Source: Thermodesulfobacteriota bacterium (lineage in GTDB: Bacteria; Desulfobacterota; Desulfobulbia; Desulfobulbales; SURF-16). From it: 36,848 bases of DNA. The stretch is from NCBI GenBank assembly GCA_040755455.1, contig JBFMAY010000042.1, forward strand, positions 1-36,848, written 5' to 3'. Within the stretch, counting starts at the first letter, position 1. Each line of letters opens with the position of its first letter. Below the pieces are notes generated by a model. That model worked only from the letters and a program-made list of their open reading frames with translations. It did not search any database and was not told the DNA's origin. Below, in pieces: positions 18,448 to 30,552 of the stretch. A program made the translations under genes and the position numbers.

Positions 18448-21400
18448 ATGTTTAAGAAAAATCTATTCATTTTTGCAGCGCTCGCCTCTCTTGCCGTTCT
18501 TTCTGCCGTCGCCGTTTTCATGTGGCTGGTGGTCTATGCCCCCGGCGAGGCCCTGCGGCAGGAAAATATTGAAAAAAGTCTGGCCATGGAAAGTCCTGTA
18601 TTCTGCAGCGACGGGGTGACGAAAATCGGTGTTTTCTTTCAGGACGCCCATCGCCAGTATGTGTCCTATGAGCAGTTGCCCCAGGCTTTTGTCAACGGTC
18701 TTATAGCGGCTGAAGACCATCAGTTTTTCAAACACCACGGCATCGATCTCCCCGGCTTTGCCCGGGCCATGTTTGCCAATATCCGGGCGGGCCGGGTTGT
18801 CCAGGGCGGCAGCACCATTACCCAGCAGACCGCAAAAAATCTTTTCGAGAGAAAAGGGCGCTCGGTGAAGGCAAAGCTGACTGAGCTTCTTTTTGCCCTG
18901 CGTCTCGAATACCATTACCCGAAAGAGAAGATTCTTGAATTCTACGCCAACCAGTTTTATGTAAGCGGCAACGGCCGGGGCCTGGGGGTGGCGGCCCGTT
19001 ATTATTTCGACAAGGAGCCGGAGCAGCTTGATCTCGTTGAAGCGGCTTTTATTGCCGGCAGCGTCAAGCGGCCGAATTACTACAACCCGTTCCTCAAAAG
19101 GGATGAGGCCGGTGCCGCCGAGGCCAGGCGCAATGCCAAAGTGCGCACGGCATACGTGCTGGGGCAGATGCACCGGCTGGGCATGATCACCACGGAGGTG
19201 CATCAGGAGGCCCTGACCCGGGAGATTCCCTTCAAGCAGGGGAAAATGCAGTTCCGGCTGAACACCTTGATGGATCTGGTCAAGGACGGGCTGGATGATC
19301 CGGCGGTTGAAGCGGCCTTGCTGGATTACGGCATCGAGAACGTGGCCACCTCCGGGGTGCGGGTATTCACCACCATCGACAACAAGCTGCAGGACGGCAA
19401 TCTCTTTGCCCTGCAAAGCGAGCTGAGCCAGCTCGATGTCAAATTGCTCGGCTACGACCGTTCCTCACTCCAGAAACGTTATGCCGAGCTGCCCTTTGGT
19501 GGCGGCACCATATCTGATGGTCAGTTCCTCATGGCCCGGGTGCAGGCCATCGAAAATGGCCCGCCGGCACGGGTACTGGTTTCCTTTGCGCCTAATGGCC
19601 AGGCCGCAGACAAGCCGGGCATTATCGATGAAAAGGGGTTGCGGCCCTTGCTTGCCTCGCTGGCGCAGTACAAAGGGCAGCGCTGGAGCACCAGCAGCAG
19701 CAAGGATTTGCCCGTGTTGTTGCAGGAGCTGCAGGCGGGGGATCTGGTCTACCTGTCCGCGCGGGGCAAGGGCGCAGCAGAGGGGGAATATTTTTTCAGC
19801 CTGGAAAAATATCCCGAGCTGCAGGGCGCCTCCCTTGTGCTGCAGGAGGGCAAGGTTCTGGCCCTGGCCGGGGGCATGGATAATTATTACTACAACCGGG
19901 CCGTGTCGGCCAAGAGAGCCATGGGCTCGGTGGTCAAACCCCTGCTCTATGCCGCGGCAATCCAGCTTGGCTGGAACTCGCTGGACCAGCTCAACAACGA
20001 ACGGGCCATGTTTATCTACCAGAGGAATGCCTATATCCCGCGGCCTGATCACGTCAGTCCGCACAAAAGGGTTTCCATGAGCTGGGCAGGGGTCCACTCG
20101 GAAAATGTTGCTTCGGTCTGGCTGCTTTATCATCTCTGCGACCGGCTCACGCCGGCCCAGTTCAAGGAGTTGCTGGCCGGGGTGGGCATGGCCCGGGAGA
20201 AGGGCGAGTCCTATGAGCAGTATACCAGGCGCGTCAGGGACAAGATGGGCATTTTGGTTGATGAGACCGCTTTGCAGACGACGGCCTTTGAAAAGGCGGT
20301 GGTGGCCAGCGAGGCGGATCTCATTTTTGACGGCAGGCAGGATGAGCTGCAGAATCTCGGCCTATTCCATTACAGTGACCGATTTGAAGAAGAACTGGAG
20401 GAATTGACCGAGGATGTGAAGGCCGAGGAAGGTGACCTGCGGCAACAGATGGTCAGCCGCAGTTTTGTCCGTTATCAAAATCTGCGGCAGCGTGTGTTGG
20501 ATGAAGCGGATGCGCTTGCCGACCCGGCAGGCGGTTACCTGGTTCCGCACCTCTATTTCCAGCCTGCCGCCGGCAATGCTGGCGAGGCATGGCCCGGCGG
20601 TGCTGTAAGCGCCGGTGATCATTTCACCTACAGCGAAGAGAGTCCGGTCGGTGGCTGGCGGCCGGTCAGCAGGGCCGACCTGCAGGGATTGCTGGCCGGC
20701 ATGTCCCCTGATGCGGCGGTCCGTTTCTGGGCTGAGGTGCGCATTGACAATCTGCTGAGCCTCGCCACCATCGACCTGCTGCAGGAAAATTTCCGGAAAG
20801 AATACGAAAAACTTTCCTCCTTGCCGGCCTATGAAGACGATGTGCTGCACAATATCCGGGATTTCCGGGTGCTGGCCGGCCTGCGGTATCTCATCGGCCT
20901 TTGCCGGGCCATGGGGGTCACCAGCGAGCTTGAGCCTGTTCTCTCCTTTCCCCTTGGCTCCAACGTCATGAGTTTGCTGGAACTGGCCCGGGTCTATGAA
21001 GGGCTGGCCAGCGGTATCGCATACAATGCGGAGGAAAATGTGAACCCCGGTCTGACCCTTATTGATCGCATAGAGACCGCGGCGGGAGAGGTGATTTATG
21101 AGCGCGAGGTCACCACAAGGCGGGTCATTGATGCCAGGACGGCGGTGGCGGTCAGTGATATTCTGCGCAATGTGGTCAGATTCGGCACCGGCCGTTACGC
21201 CGGCAACATCCGGTTGCACAGCCGCGATGCCAAGGTGGAGTCCCAGCTGGCCGATCTGCAGATGACGGTGCCGGTGTGCGGTAAAACCGGGACGGCCAAT
21301 CGTTTCACCAACTCCTCCTTCGCCGGGCTGGTGCCTGCCGTGAAGGGCAAGGGGGATGGCCTCATCGTTGACGCGGGGAGCTTTATCATTGCCTCGTATG

Positions 21401-21756
21401 TGGGCTTTGACGACAACCGGCCGATGGTGCGCGCCTCCACGCGGATTGCCGGCTCCAGCGGGGCGCTGCCCGTCTGGACCAAGGTGGCGCAAAGCGTCAT
21501 CCTGGAAAGGGATTATGCCGGGTCGCTTGACATGGCTGATTTGGCGTTTTCCGGCAGCAGCGAGGTGCCTCTGTCTTATCCGGCGCAGGGCCAGATAGAC
21601 GCGCCTGTGGCGGTCAATGGCGGCGGCCTGCTGCTGCCGGCCCAGGGTGACAGCCAGGATGCGGCGTCCGTGGTCACCTTCGGCAAATTGCTTTCCGGCG
21701 GGGAAATTGAATTGGAGCGATATTTCCTGCCGTACTGGCGCAATAGTGAAAAGTAA
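18448..21756 (+). CDS. Class A penicillin-binding protein (PBP1A-like) with a large insertion
   Basis: N-terminal TM; glycosyltransferase motifs AAEDHQF, QGGSTITQQTAKN; transpeptidase SVVK, SEN and KTG motifs. Confidence 0.92.
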   Translation: MFKKNLFIFAALASLAVLSAVAVFMWLVVYAPGEALRQENIEKSLAMESPVFCSDGVTKIGVFFQDAHRQYVSYEQLPQAFVNGLIAAEDHQFFKHHGIDLPGFARAMFANIRAGRVVQGGSTITQQTAKNLFERKGRSVKAKLTELLFALRLEYHYPKEKILEFYANQFYVSGNGRGLGVAARYYFDKEPEQLDLVEAAFIAGSVKRPNYYNPFLKRDEAGAAEARRNAKVRTAYVLGQMHRLGMITTEVHQEALTREIPFKQGKMQFRLNTLMDLVKDGLDDPAVEAALLDYGIENVATSGVRVFTTIDNKLQDGNLFALQSELSQLDVKLLGYDRSSLQKRYAELPFGGGTISDGQFLMARVQAIENGPPARVLVSFAPNGQAADKPGIIDEKGLRPLLASLAQYKGQRWSTSSSKDLPVLLQELQAGDLVYLSARGKGAAEGEYFFSLEKYPELQGASLVLQEGKVLALAGGMDNYYYNRAVSAKRAMGSVVKPLLYAAAIQLGWNSLDQLNNERAMFIYQRNAYIPRPDHVSPHKRVSMSWAGVHSENVASVWLLYHLCDRLTPAQFKELLAGVGMAREKGESYEQYTRRVRDKMGILVDETALQTTAFEKAVVASEADLIFDGRQDELQNLGLFHYSDRFEEELEELTEDVKAEEGDLRQQMVSRSFVRYQNLRQRVLDEADALADPAGGYLVPHLYFQPAAGNAGEAWPGGAVSAGDHFTYSEESPVGGWRPVSRADLQGLLAGMSPDAAVRFWAEVRIDNLLSLATIDLLQENFRKEYEKLSSLPAYEDDVLHNIRDFRVLAGLRYLIGLCRAMGVTSELEPVLSFPLGSNVMSLLELARVYEGLASGIAYNAEENVNPGLTLIDRIETAAGEVIYEREVTTRRVIDARTAVAVSDILRNVVRFGTGRYAGNIRLHSRDAKVESQLADLQMTVPVCGKTGTANRFTNSSFAGLVPAVKGKGDGLIVDAGSFIIASYVGFDDNRPMVRASTRIAGSSGALPVWTKVAQSVILERDYAGSLDMADLAFSGSSEVPLSYPAQGQIDAPVAVNGGGLLLPAQGDSQDAASVVTFGKLLSGGEIELERYFLPYWRNSEK

Positions 21757-21797
21757 TAAATATTAAGGAATAAGAGGGGGAATAATTTCAACATATC

Positions 21798-23396
21798 ATG
21801 ATTGCGAAGAATTTTTTTACAGGCAGGTTGGTAGTGGCATTGATGATTCTGTTATTGCTCGGCGGCTGTCAGACCGCCGGGGGATTGCTCTTGCCGAAGA
21901 AAAAAGTGCCGCCCTATGAGGACATGGGAAAAGCGGCGCCGGTGGAAAGGGAAGGAGCTGCCGCGCCTGTGCCGCAGCCCCCTGCGCCGGCGGAAGAGCG
22001 TAAAGATGCCCAGCCCGCACCTGGTGTGTTGGCGTGGGGCGGGTTTGAGCCGCCGGTGCTGGCCGGCATGTCCGACTATGTGTCCGCACGAATCACCCAT
22101 TACCGTGACCGGCAGGCGCAATGGGAGGGGCTGGCAGAAAGTTTTTCCACACGTAACCTGACCCTGCCCCAGCCGGAAAAATGGCGTGACTGCACCGGCG
22201 CTCTCAGGACCATCGTTGACGGCTATCTTGCCCTGCATTCCACCTTGAACCGGGAATACGGGTTTGCCGGCGTCGTCCCGCCCGCCTCGCCCTATGCCGC
22301 CTTCCAGCAGGATATCGCCTATCTTGAAGGCGATTGCCAGGCAATCTTTGCCGCCGCCGCAGCGGTTATCCCCGAACAGTTGCAGGCTTACCGGCAGAGC
22401 ATTGGCGGCCAGGCGGAGGAGGTGGTCCGCTACTGGGCGGCCCAGGGCGACCAGCAGAAGGTGGTGGAATCCTATGAGAATATGATCGGGGCTGGCGGCG
22501 GCAAAGAAATTTCGCCGGAAACCCGGGAGTTGTATGGCCGGGCCTTGAAGGCTACCGGGAAACTTGAGCAGGCGGCCGAGGTGTTGCTTGACGCGACGCA
22601 AGGCAAGGACGCCTGGCAGGCCTGGCCGCTCCGACTGCAGGCCGCGGAGCTGCTGTTTGCCGAGGGGAAATTCCCCCGGGCCCGCCAGGAATATGAGGAG
22701 GTGTCCGGGCTTTTTGCCAGCCTGAAACAGGCGGATGCCCAGGTTGAAACACAGCTGGCCCTGCTTGCCGGCCAGGATGAACACGGGCAGGAGCTGGAGC
22801 TGTACCGGCAGGCCTTGAAGGGCTCGCTGCAGTATGACGGGGCAACATTGCCCCCTGAGCTGGTGGCAAGCGTGCAGCGTCTTGAGGAGCTTTTCCCGGA
22901 ATCAAACTATGCCCGGATGGGGCGGGCCCTGCTTGACAAAGTCGGGGGCAGTGCGCCGCAGGATGCCGGTCAGGCGATGCCGCCGCCCCAGGAAACGGAG
23001 ATGCAGCAGATGCAGCAGCTGCAGGAAAAAGAGGCGGTGGACGCCAAGTGGCAGAAGGCGCTGGAGATGTTGGATCAACGGCAGTTTGATCAGTCCATCC
23101 TCCTGTTTGGGGAACTAGAAAACTCTGAGTACCAGGCCCAGGCCAGGGCAAAAATTGCCGAGGCCGTGAATCTGGCTGCCGCAGAACTGCGCAAGGAGGC
23201 GGCGAATTTATTCATCAAAGCTCGGAAAACGGATGCGGTTGAACCGAAAAAGGCCCTGCTGATGGAATCGAGGCGTCTGCTGCTTTTGGTGCAGCAGCGG
23301 TATCCCCAGGCGGATATTATCGACAAGGTGAAGCAGAACCAGAAGGCAACGGAAGATCAGCTCCGGGCTCTGGACCCGAATCTCCTGGGCGAGTAA
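21798..23396 (+). CDS. TPR-like helical lipoprotein
   Basis: LGG-C lipobox, Pro/Ala-rich linker, TPR-like helices (LYGRALKATGKLEQAAEVL; AAELLFAEGKFPRARQEY). Confidence 0.75.
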   Translation: MIAKNFFTGRLVVALMILLLLGGCQTAGGLLLPKKKVPPYEDMGKAAPVEREGAAAPVPQPPAPAEERKDAQPAPGVLAWGGFEPPVLAGMSDYVSARITHYRDRQAQWEGLAESFSTRNLTLPQPEKWRDCTGALRTIVDGYLALHSTLNREYGFAGVVPPASPYAAFQQDIAYLEGDCQAIFAAAAAVIPEQLQAYRQSIGGQAEEVVRYWAAQGDQQKVVESYENMIGAGGGKEISPETRELYGRALKATGKLEQAAEVLLDATQGKDAWQAWPLRLQAAELLFAEGKFPRARQEYEEVSGLFASLKQADAQVETQLALLAGQDEHGQELELYRQALKGSLQYDGATLPPELVASVQRLEELFPESNYARMGRALLDKVGGSAPQDAGQAMPPPQETEMQQMQQLQEKEAVDAKWQKALEMLDQRQFDQSILLFGELENSEYQAQARAKIAEAVNLAAAELRKEAANLFIKARKTDAVEPKKALLMESRRLLLLVQQRYPQADIIDKVKQNQKATEDQLRALDPNLLGE

Positions 23397-23517
23397 GAGA
23401 AAAAGGGAAGAGCCATTTTAAAAACTTGAAAATTTGCGCTTGATTTGCGCAAATAGAAGGAGGTGAAAGAAAAGATCCCTTCTGGGCCAATTTTTATTTT
23501 AAGCCGGAGGTTGTTGT

Positions 23518-26190
23518 ATGGTCGGTGCCCAACAGAGCGTGAACGGATTGCTGGATGACATGGCAGTCAAAATTATGATGATTGAACCCGGCGACCTCTC
23601 GGCGGTCGGTGAACTCCTTGAAGTGCTGGAAAGGCTCAGTGCCCATGAAGATATGGCATCCCAGGCGGTCTTGTCACAGATGGCCCGGGCATTCCAGGCA
23701 GCCCTCGGGGATTTGATCATGGGTGAGTTGCCGGACACGGCGGAAAGCTATCAGCAGCTTGCCGAGTGCATATCGCGCATGCAGGAAGTGCGGCGCGATA
23801 ATGACGACCGGCAGGCGTTGTCGGCCTTTTGCAATCATCTGGACAGCATCGGCTTCAGGTTCGATCCTGCCCAGCTTACCGCCGGCGGGCAGGAGGCAGC
23901 CGGTCCGGATGACAATAATGATCCCGCCTTTCTGCGGGACAAGGAGTTGCTTGAGTGTTTTATCGATGAGACCGGCGAGTATCTCGGGGCCATCGAGGCC
24001 AGTGTGCTGGAGCTTGAGAAAGAGCCGGACAACAGCGAGGCCGTCAACGCGATTTTCCGCGCCTTTCATACCATAAAGGGCACGGCGGGCAGTGTCTCGC
24101 TGCCGGAGATCAGCAGTCTGGCCCATGGGATCGAGAATCTGCTCGATGAGGTGCGCAGCGGCCGCATCAGCATGGATGCCGAGGTGATCGAGCTGGTGCT
24201 GGGGGTGGATGACAGCTTGAAGCTCATGGTCGCCCATGTGCAGGACGTCTATGAAAACGGGGTTGCCTATCGTCCCGCCCCTATCGACGGACAGCTTGCC
24301 CTGATCGGCGGTGTCCTGGAGAAAAAATGCGGCAGCCGGCCGGCCCCTGGCAAAGACGCTGCCGGCGATGCACCCCCGCCCTCACCTCCGCCCGGGGGAC
24401 AGCTTCCTGATTTCATGAAGGACAGCGATCTGCTCAGTGGCTTTATCTCGGAGGCCTTTGAGCATCTTGAGACCATTGAACTCAACGTGCTGGAGCTGGA
24501 ACAGAACCCGGACGACCAGGAAATCATCAACAACATCTTCCGTCCCTTCCATACCATCAAAGGCGTTTCCGGTTTTCTCAATCTGACGACCATCAACAAG
24601 CTTGCCCACGCCACGGAAAATCTCCTCGATGATGTCCGCAACGGCAAGCTGACCATGAATTCGGGCATTATTGACATCGTGCTTGGCGTCGGCGATTTCC
24701 TGCGCAGCATGATCCAGAATCTGAGCGATGTGCTGGAGAAGGGTCCGGATTATTACCAGCAGTATGATATCAATGATTTTCTGGCGCGCATCAAGATATG
24801 TCAGGAGGGCAGCGACGCAGAACCTGTTAAGGAGCCGGCCGAGGTGACCGTGGCCCCCCTGCCTGCAGAGCCAACCCAGGGGCTGCCGCCGGCTGCCGAG
24901 CCGTCCTGCGACGAACCGTCCGCCGCTGCCGGCAAAATGGGCGAGGCGGTGGGTGCGGCCTCGGGTCCCGCCCAGAAGAAGAATATCGAGGCCGCCATCA
25001 AGGTTGACATCAACAAGCTCGACGGTCTGGTCAATGCGGTGGGTGAGCTGGTCATCATGCAGGCCATGGTGCGGCATAATCCGCTCATCGCCGGTCTTTC
25101 GGACCCGAAACTGAACAAGGATTTCTCCCAGCTGACCCGCATCACCACGGAGTTGCAGAAGACAGCCATGTCCATGCGCATGGTGCCCATCCGCCAGACC
25201 TTTCAGAAGATGACCCGGCTGGTGCGGGATCTTTCCAAGAAGACGGGCAAGCTGGTGAATCTGGTCATGGAAGGGGAAGAGACCGAGATTGACCGCAACA
25301 TGGTGGATTCCATTTATGATCCCCTGGTCCATATGATACGCAACTCGGTGGATCACGGGGTGCAGATACCCCCTGAGCGGCGCAAAAGGGGCAAGCCGGA
25401 GGCGGGTACGGTAAAACTCAGCGCCTACCAGAAAGGCGGCAATATCATCATCGAGATTGCCGATGACGGCGAAGGCGTCAATACGGAAAAAATACGCAAT
25501 AAGGCCCTGGAGCGCGGCCTGATTCAGCCGGGCGGCAGTTACACCGATCATGAGATCAACAATCTCATCTTCCTGCCGGGCTTTTCCACGGCCGATAAGA
25601 TCACCGATGTGTCCGGCCGCGGGGTCGGCATGGATGTGGTGAAAAAAGGAGTGGAGAAACTGCGGGGCAGGGTGGAGCTGCAGAGCACGGCCGGAGAGGG
25701 ATCGCTCTTTCTCATGCACCTGCCCCTGACCCTGGCCATCATCGACGGCATTGTCGTGGGGGTCGGTGCCGAACGCTATATCATCCCGACCATCGCCATT
25801 CGGGAATCCATGCGGCCGCGCATGGAGAATTACAATACGGTGCAGGGCAGGGGCGAGACGCTGCTGGTCCGCGACACGCTGCTGCCCATTATCCGTCTCT
25901 ATCATGTTTTCGGAGTGGCGGATGCCTGCACGGACATCAGCCAGGGCATCGCGGTGGTGGTGGAAAACGAGGGCAGACAGCGGGCCCTGCTGGTTGACGA
26001 GCTGCTCGGCAAACAGGAGGTGGTGATCAAAAGTCTCGGCGGCTATATGAAGGATGTCAAGGGCGTGGCCGGCGGGACCATACTTGGCGATGGCAGGGTG
26101 GGTTTGATCCTTGATCTGGCCGGGCTCATCAGCGTCAGTGAGGAGCTGGGGCCAGGGGTTTTCAATCGCAACAATGCTTTTCAGGAATGA
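23518..26190 (+). CDS. cheA: Chemotaxis histidine kinase CheA with two Hpt domains
   Basis: Two Hpt motifs (FRAFHTIKG, FRPFHTIKG), dimerisation KLDGLVNAVGELVI, HATPase HMIRNSVDHG/DDGEG/SGRGVGMDVV, C-terminal CheW-like domain. Confidence 0.97.
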   Translation: MVGAQQSVNGLLDDMAVKIMMIEPGDLSAVGELLEVLERLSAHEDMASQAVLSQMARAFQAALGDLIMGELPDTAESYQQLAECISRMQEVRRDNDDRQALSAFCNHLDSIGFRFDPAQLTAGGQEAAGPDDNNDPAFLRDKELLECFIDETGEYLGAIEASVLELEKEPDNSEAVNAIFRAFHTIKGTAGSVSLPEISSLAHGIENLLDEVRSGRISMDAEVIELVLGVDDSLKLMVAHVQDVYENGVAYRPAPIDGQLALIGGVLEKKCGSRPAPGKDAAGDAPPPSPPPGGQLPDFMKDSDLLSGFISEAFEHLETIELNVLELEQNPDDQEIINNIFRPFHTIKGVSGFLNLTTINKLAHATENLLDDVRNGKLTMNSGIIDIVLGVGDFLRSMIQNLSDVLEKGPDYYQQYDINDFLARIKICQEGSDAEPVKEPAEVTVAPLPAEPTQGLPPAAEPSCDEPSAAAGKMGEAVGAASGPAQKKNIEAAIKVDINKLDGLVNAVGELVIMQAMVRHNPLIAGLSDPKLNKDFSQLTRITTELQKTAMSMRMVPIRQTFQKMTRLVRDLSKKTGKLVNLVMEGEETEIDRNMVDSIYDPLVHMIRNSVDHGVQIPPERRKRGKPEAGTVKLSAYQKGGNIIIEIADDGEGVNTEKIRNKALERGLIQPGGSYTDHEINNLIFLPGFSTADKITDVSGRGVGMDVVKKGVEKLRGRVELQSTAGEGSLFLMHLPLTLAIIDGIVVGVGAERYIIPTIAIRESMRPRMENYNTVQGRGETLLVRDTLLPIIRLYHVFGVADACTDISQGIAVVVENEGRQRALLVDELLGKQEVVIKSLGGYMKDVKGVAGGTILGDGRVGLILDLAGLISVSEELGPGVFNRNNAFQE

Positions 26191-26199
26191 GGTGATGGC

Positions 26200-26712
26200 A
26201 TGGCAAATGGTGATAAAGCGCAGTCTGCTGTAAAAAAGAACGTAAAGGCTCTGGCCGGCAAGTATCTGACCTTTGACCTCGGTAAGGAGGAGTACTGTAT
26301 CGGCATCCTCAAGGTCCGGGAGATCATCGGCCTGATGGAGATTACGGCTGTGCCCCATACTCCCCGTTATATCAAGGGGGTTATCAATCTGCGCGGCAGC
26401 GTTATTCCTGTGCTTGATCTTCGCTCGAAATTCAATATGGAGTCCAAGGAATACAACGAACGCACCTGTATTATTGTCGTCGAGGTGCAGGGTGGGGCCG
26501 GGACGGTGCTGGTGGGCATGATTGTTGATTCGGTTTCCGAGGTGCTGAACATCGCTGAAGCGGAAATAGAACCTCCTCCCACTTTTGGCGGGGATGATGT
26601 GGAGACGGATAATTTCCTCGGCATGGCCAAGATCAAGGGGCGCGTGAAAATTCTGCTGGATGCGGACAAGGTGATCGGTGAAACCGGCCTTGGCCGCCAG
26701 GCCACGGTGTAA
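26200..26712 (+). CDS. cheW: Chemotaxis adaptor CheW
   Basis: KYLTFDLG.EEY.I.I.KVREI, KGVINLRG.VIPVLDLR, GMIVDSVSEV. Confidence 0.97.
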   Translation: MANGDKAQSAVKKNVKALAGKYLTFDLGKEEYCIGILKVREIIGLMEITAVPHTPRYIKGVINLRGSVIPVLDLRSKFNMESKEYNERTCIIVVEVQGGAGTVLVGMIVDSVSEVLNIAEAEIEPPPTFGGDDVETDNFLGMAKIKGRVKILLDADKVIGETGLGRQATV

Positions 26713-26743
26713 GGCGCGAGACGTGTCGTTTCAGGGAGTTTCT

Positions 26744-27586
26744 GTGGATCTTATTTTCCAGCAGTACCGATTGACGGATAAAGACTTTGACAATTTCAGC
26801 GCGCTTATTTTTGCCAAGACAGGAATCCACCTGAAGCCTGAGAAGAAGGAGCTGCTCAATGCCCGTCTGGGGAAAAGGCTCAGGGCCTGCCGGCTCACCT
26901 CCTTTAAGGAGTATTATGATCGGGTTATGCACGACGCAAGCGGCGACGAGCTCGTTCACCTCATCAACTGCGTCTCCACCAACTTTACCAGTTTTTTCCG
27001 GGAAAAATCCCATTTCGATTATCTGTCCTCCGCCGTGCTTCCCCAGCTCGCCGGCGGCGGGGGTTCCTCCGGCCCCTGTAAGGTCTGGTCCGCCGCCTGT
27101 TCCTCCGGTGAGGAGCCCTATACCCTGGCCATGGTCGTTGCCATGTTCATGGCGGGCCATCCGTCCTTCCGCGCCTCCATTCTGGCCACCGACATCTCCA
27201 CCAAGGTGCTGTCCATTGCCGAAAAGGGCATCTACTCAATAGATAAGATGGAAAAGGTGCCGGCTGAATATCTGAAGAGTTTTTTTCAGAAGGGGGTGGG
27301 CAAATGCAGCGGCTATGTCAAGGTGAAGGATGAGCTGCGGCGGCTGGTGACCTTCCGGCACATCAATCTGATGGACAGCTTCCCCTGGAAGGAGGAGATG
27401 GATGTGATATTCTGCCGCAATGTCATGATCTACTTTACCCGTGAAACACAGAAGGAGCTGGCGGAAAAATTCTATCACTGCCTTGCCCCGGGCGGCTATC
27501 TGTTCATCGGCCATTCGGAAAGTCTGACGAGCATCAGCCATCGCTTCCAGCAGACCGCCACAACTGTTTATAAAAAAGTCAAATAG
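26744..27586 (+). CDS. cheR: Chemotaxis methyltransferase CheR
   Basis: TNFTSFFRE..HF, WSAACSSGEEPY, ATDIS, IFCRNVMIYF, GHSES. GTG start at 26744 after GGGAG. Confidence 0.96.
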   Translation: MDLIFQQYRLTDKDFDNFSALIFAKTGIHLKPEKKELLNARLGKRLRACRLTSFKEYYDRVMHDASGDELVHLINCVSTNFTSFFREKSHFDYLSSAVLPQLAGGGGSSGPCKVWSAACSSGEEPYTLAMVVAMFMAGHPSFRASILATDISTKVLSIAEKGIYSIDKMEKVPAEYLKSFFQKGVGKCSGYVKVKDELRRLVTFRHINLMDSFPWKEEMDVIFCRNVMIYFTRETQKELAEKFYHCLAPGGYLFIGHSESLTSISHRFQQTATTVYKKVK

Positions 27587-27591
27587 TCCTC

Positions 27592-28067
27592 ATGAAAGTC
27601 ATTGTCGGCATATCAGATATGAAGGTCAGCAACAACGTCAAGGAGACGCTGATCACCTATTCTCTCGGCTCCTGCATCGGCGTGCTGCTGTGGGACCCGG
27701 CGGCCAAGGTGGGGGGCCTGCTTCACTATATGCTGCCTGATTCGCGGCTTGACAAGAACCGGGCGCAAACAAAACCGTATATGTTCGCCGATACCGGTAT
27801 CCCGGCCCTGTTCAAGGAATGCTACAGTCTGGGAGCGGTCAAGAGCCGCCTGGTCGTCAAGGTGGTGGGCGGCTCGCAGATTCTTGATCCAACTGGTCTT
27901 TTCAGTATCGGCAAACGCAATTATCTGATCCTGCGCAAACTCTTTGACAAAAATCATATCACCATCGCCGCCGAGGATATCGGCGGTTCGGTGAATCGGA
28001 CAGTCAGTCTTGACATTGGTACGGGCAGGGTACTCTTAAAGGTTTCCGGCAGGGGGGAATGTGAACT

Positions 28068-28071
<4 letters not shown>
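27592..28071 (+). CDS. cheD: Chemoreceptor glutamine deamidase CheD
   Basis: LGSCIGV, GGLLHYMLP, FADTGI, GG, IGKRN, EDIGG..R. Confidence 0.94.
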
Positions 28072-30040
<1,969 letters not shown>

Positions 30041-30045
30041 GCCCT

Positions 30046-30552
30046 TTATCCCTTGCTCTCCAGGGCCAGCAGTTTCCTTTTGATATCTATTCCACCGGCG
30101 AATCCGCCAAGGCCAGCATGCCCCACCACCCGGTGGCAGGGAATGAGCAGGGCAATGGGATTGGCGCCGCACGCCTGGCCCACAGCCCTGGCCAATGTCC
30201 TGTTGCCCAGGGATTGGGCGAGACTGCCATAAGTTCTGGTGGCGCCCGCGGGAATCCGGCAGATGAGATCCCACACCCGCTGCTGGAATGGAGTACCCTC
30301 CCTGATGAAAATCGATTGGCTGAATTCCGAAAATGGCCGCTGGCGGGCCAGCATGCCGGTCAATTCCGTGGCCGTCATCCGCCGTTCCGGCAGGTAATTG
30401 ATCCGCTGCCCGGACATGCCCCGCAGCAGCTCTGCCGCCTGCCGGTGGTGCTGTTCGGCAAAGGTGAGATGGATGGTCCGGTCGTTAAGCAACAGCTGGT
30501 AAAAGACAAAAAAATCCACCGTGGTTATCCGGCCCTCAATGCCTTTTTTCAT
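30046..30552 (-). CDS. ogt: Methylated-DNA--protein-cysteine methyltransferase
   Basis: GTPFQQRVW, IPAGATRTYG, ARAVGQACGANP, IPCHRV active site. Confidence 0.93.
   Translation of the reverse strand: MKKGIEGRITTVDFFVFYQLLLNDRTIHLTFAEQHHRQAAELLRGMSGQRINYLPERRMTATELTGMLARQRPFSEFSQSIFIREGTPFQQRVWDLICRIPAGATRTYGSLAQSLGNRTLARAVGQACGANPIALLIPCHRVVGHAGLGGFAGGIDIKRKLLALESKG

Noticed and set aside
20137..20853. Intein in PBP1A (the insert starts with Cys and has VLHN near its end)
   Set aside because: The residue after HN is Ile, not Cys/Ser/Thr; the N-terminus CDRLTP does not fit intein block A and no block B TxxH or LAGLIDADG motif is visible.
24382..26358. 658-aa minus-strand ORF and similar long antisense ORFs across the GC-rich region
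   Set aside because: Antisense shadows of well-supported genes (here cheA), expected from GC-rich codon bias; no motifs.
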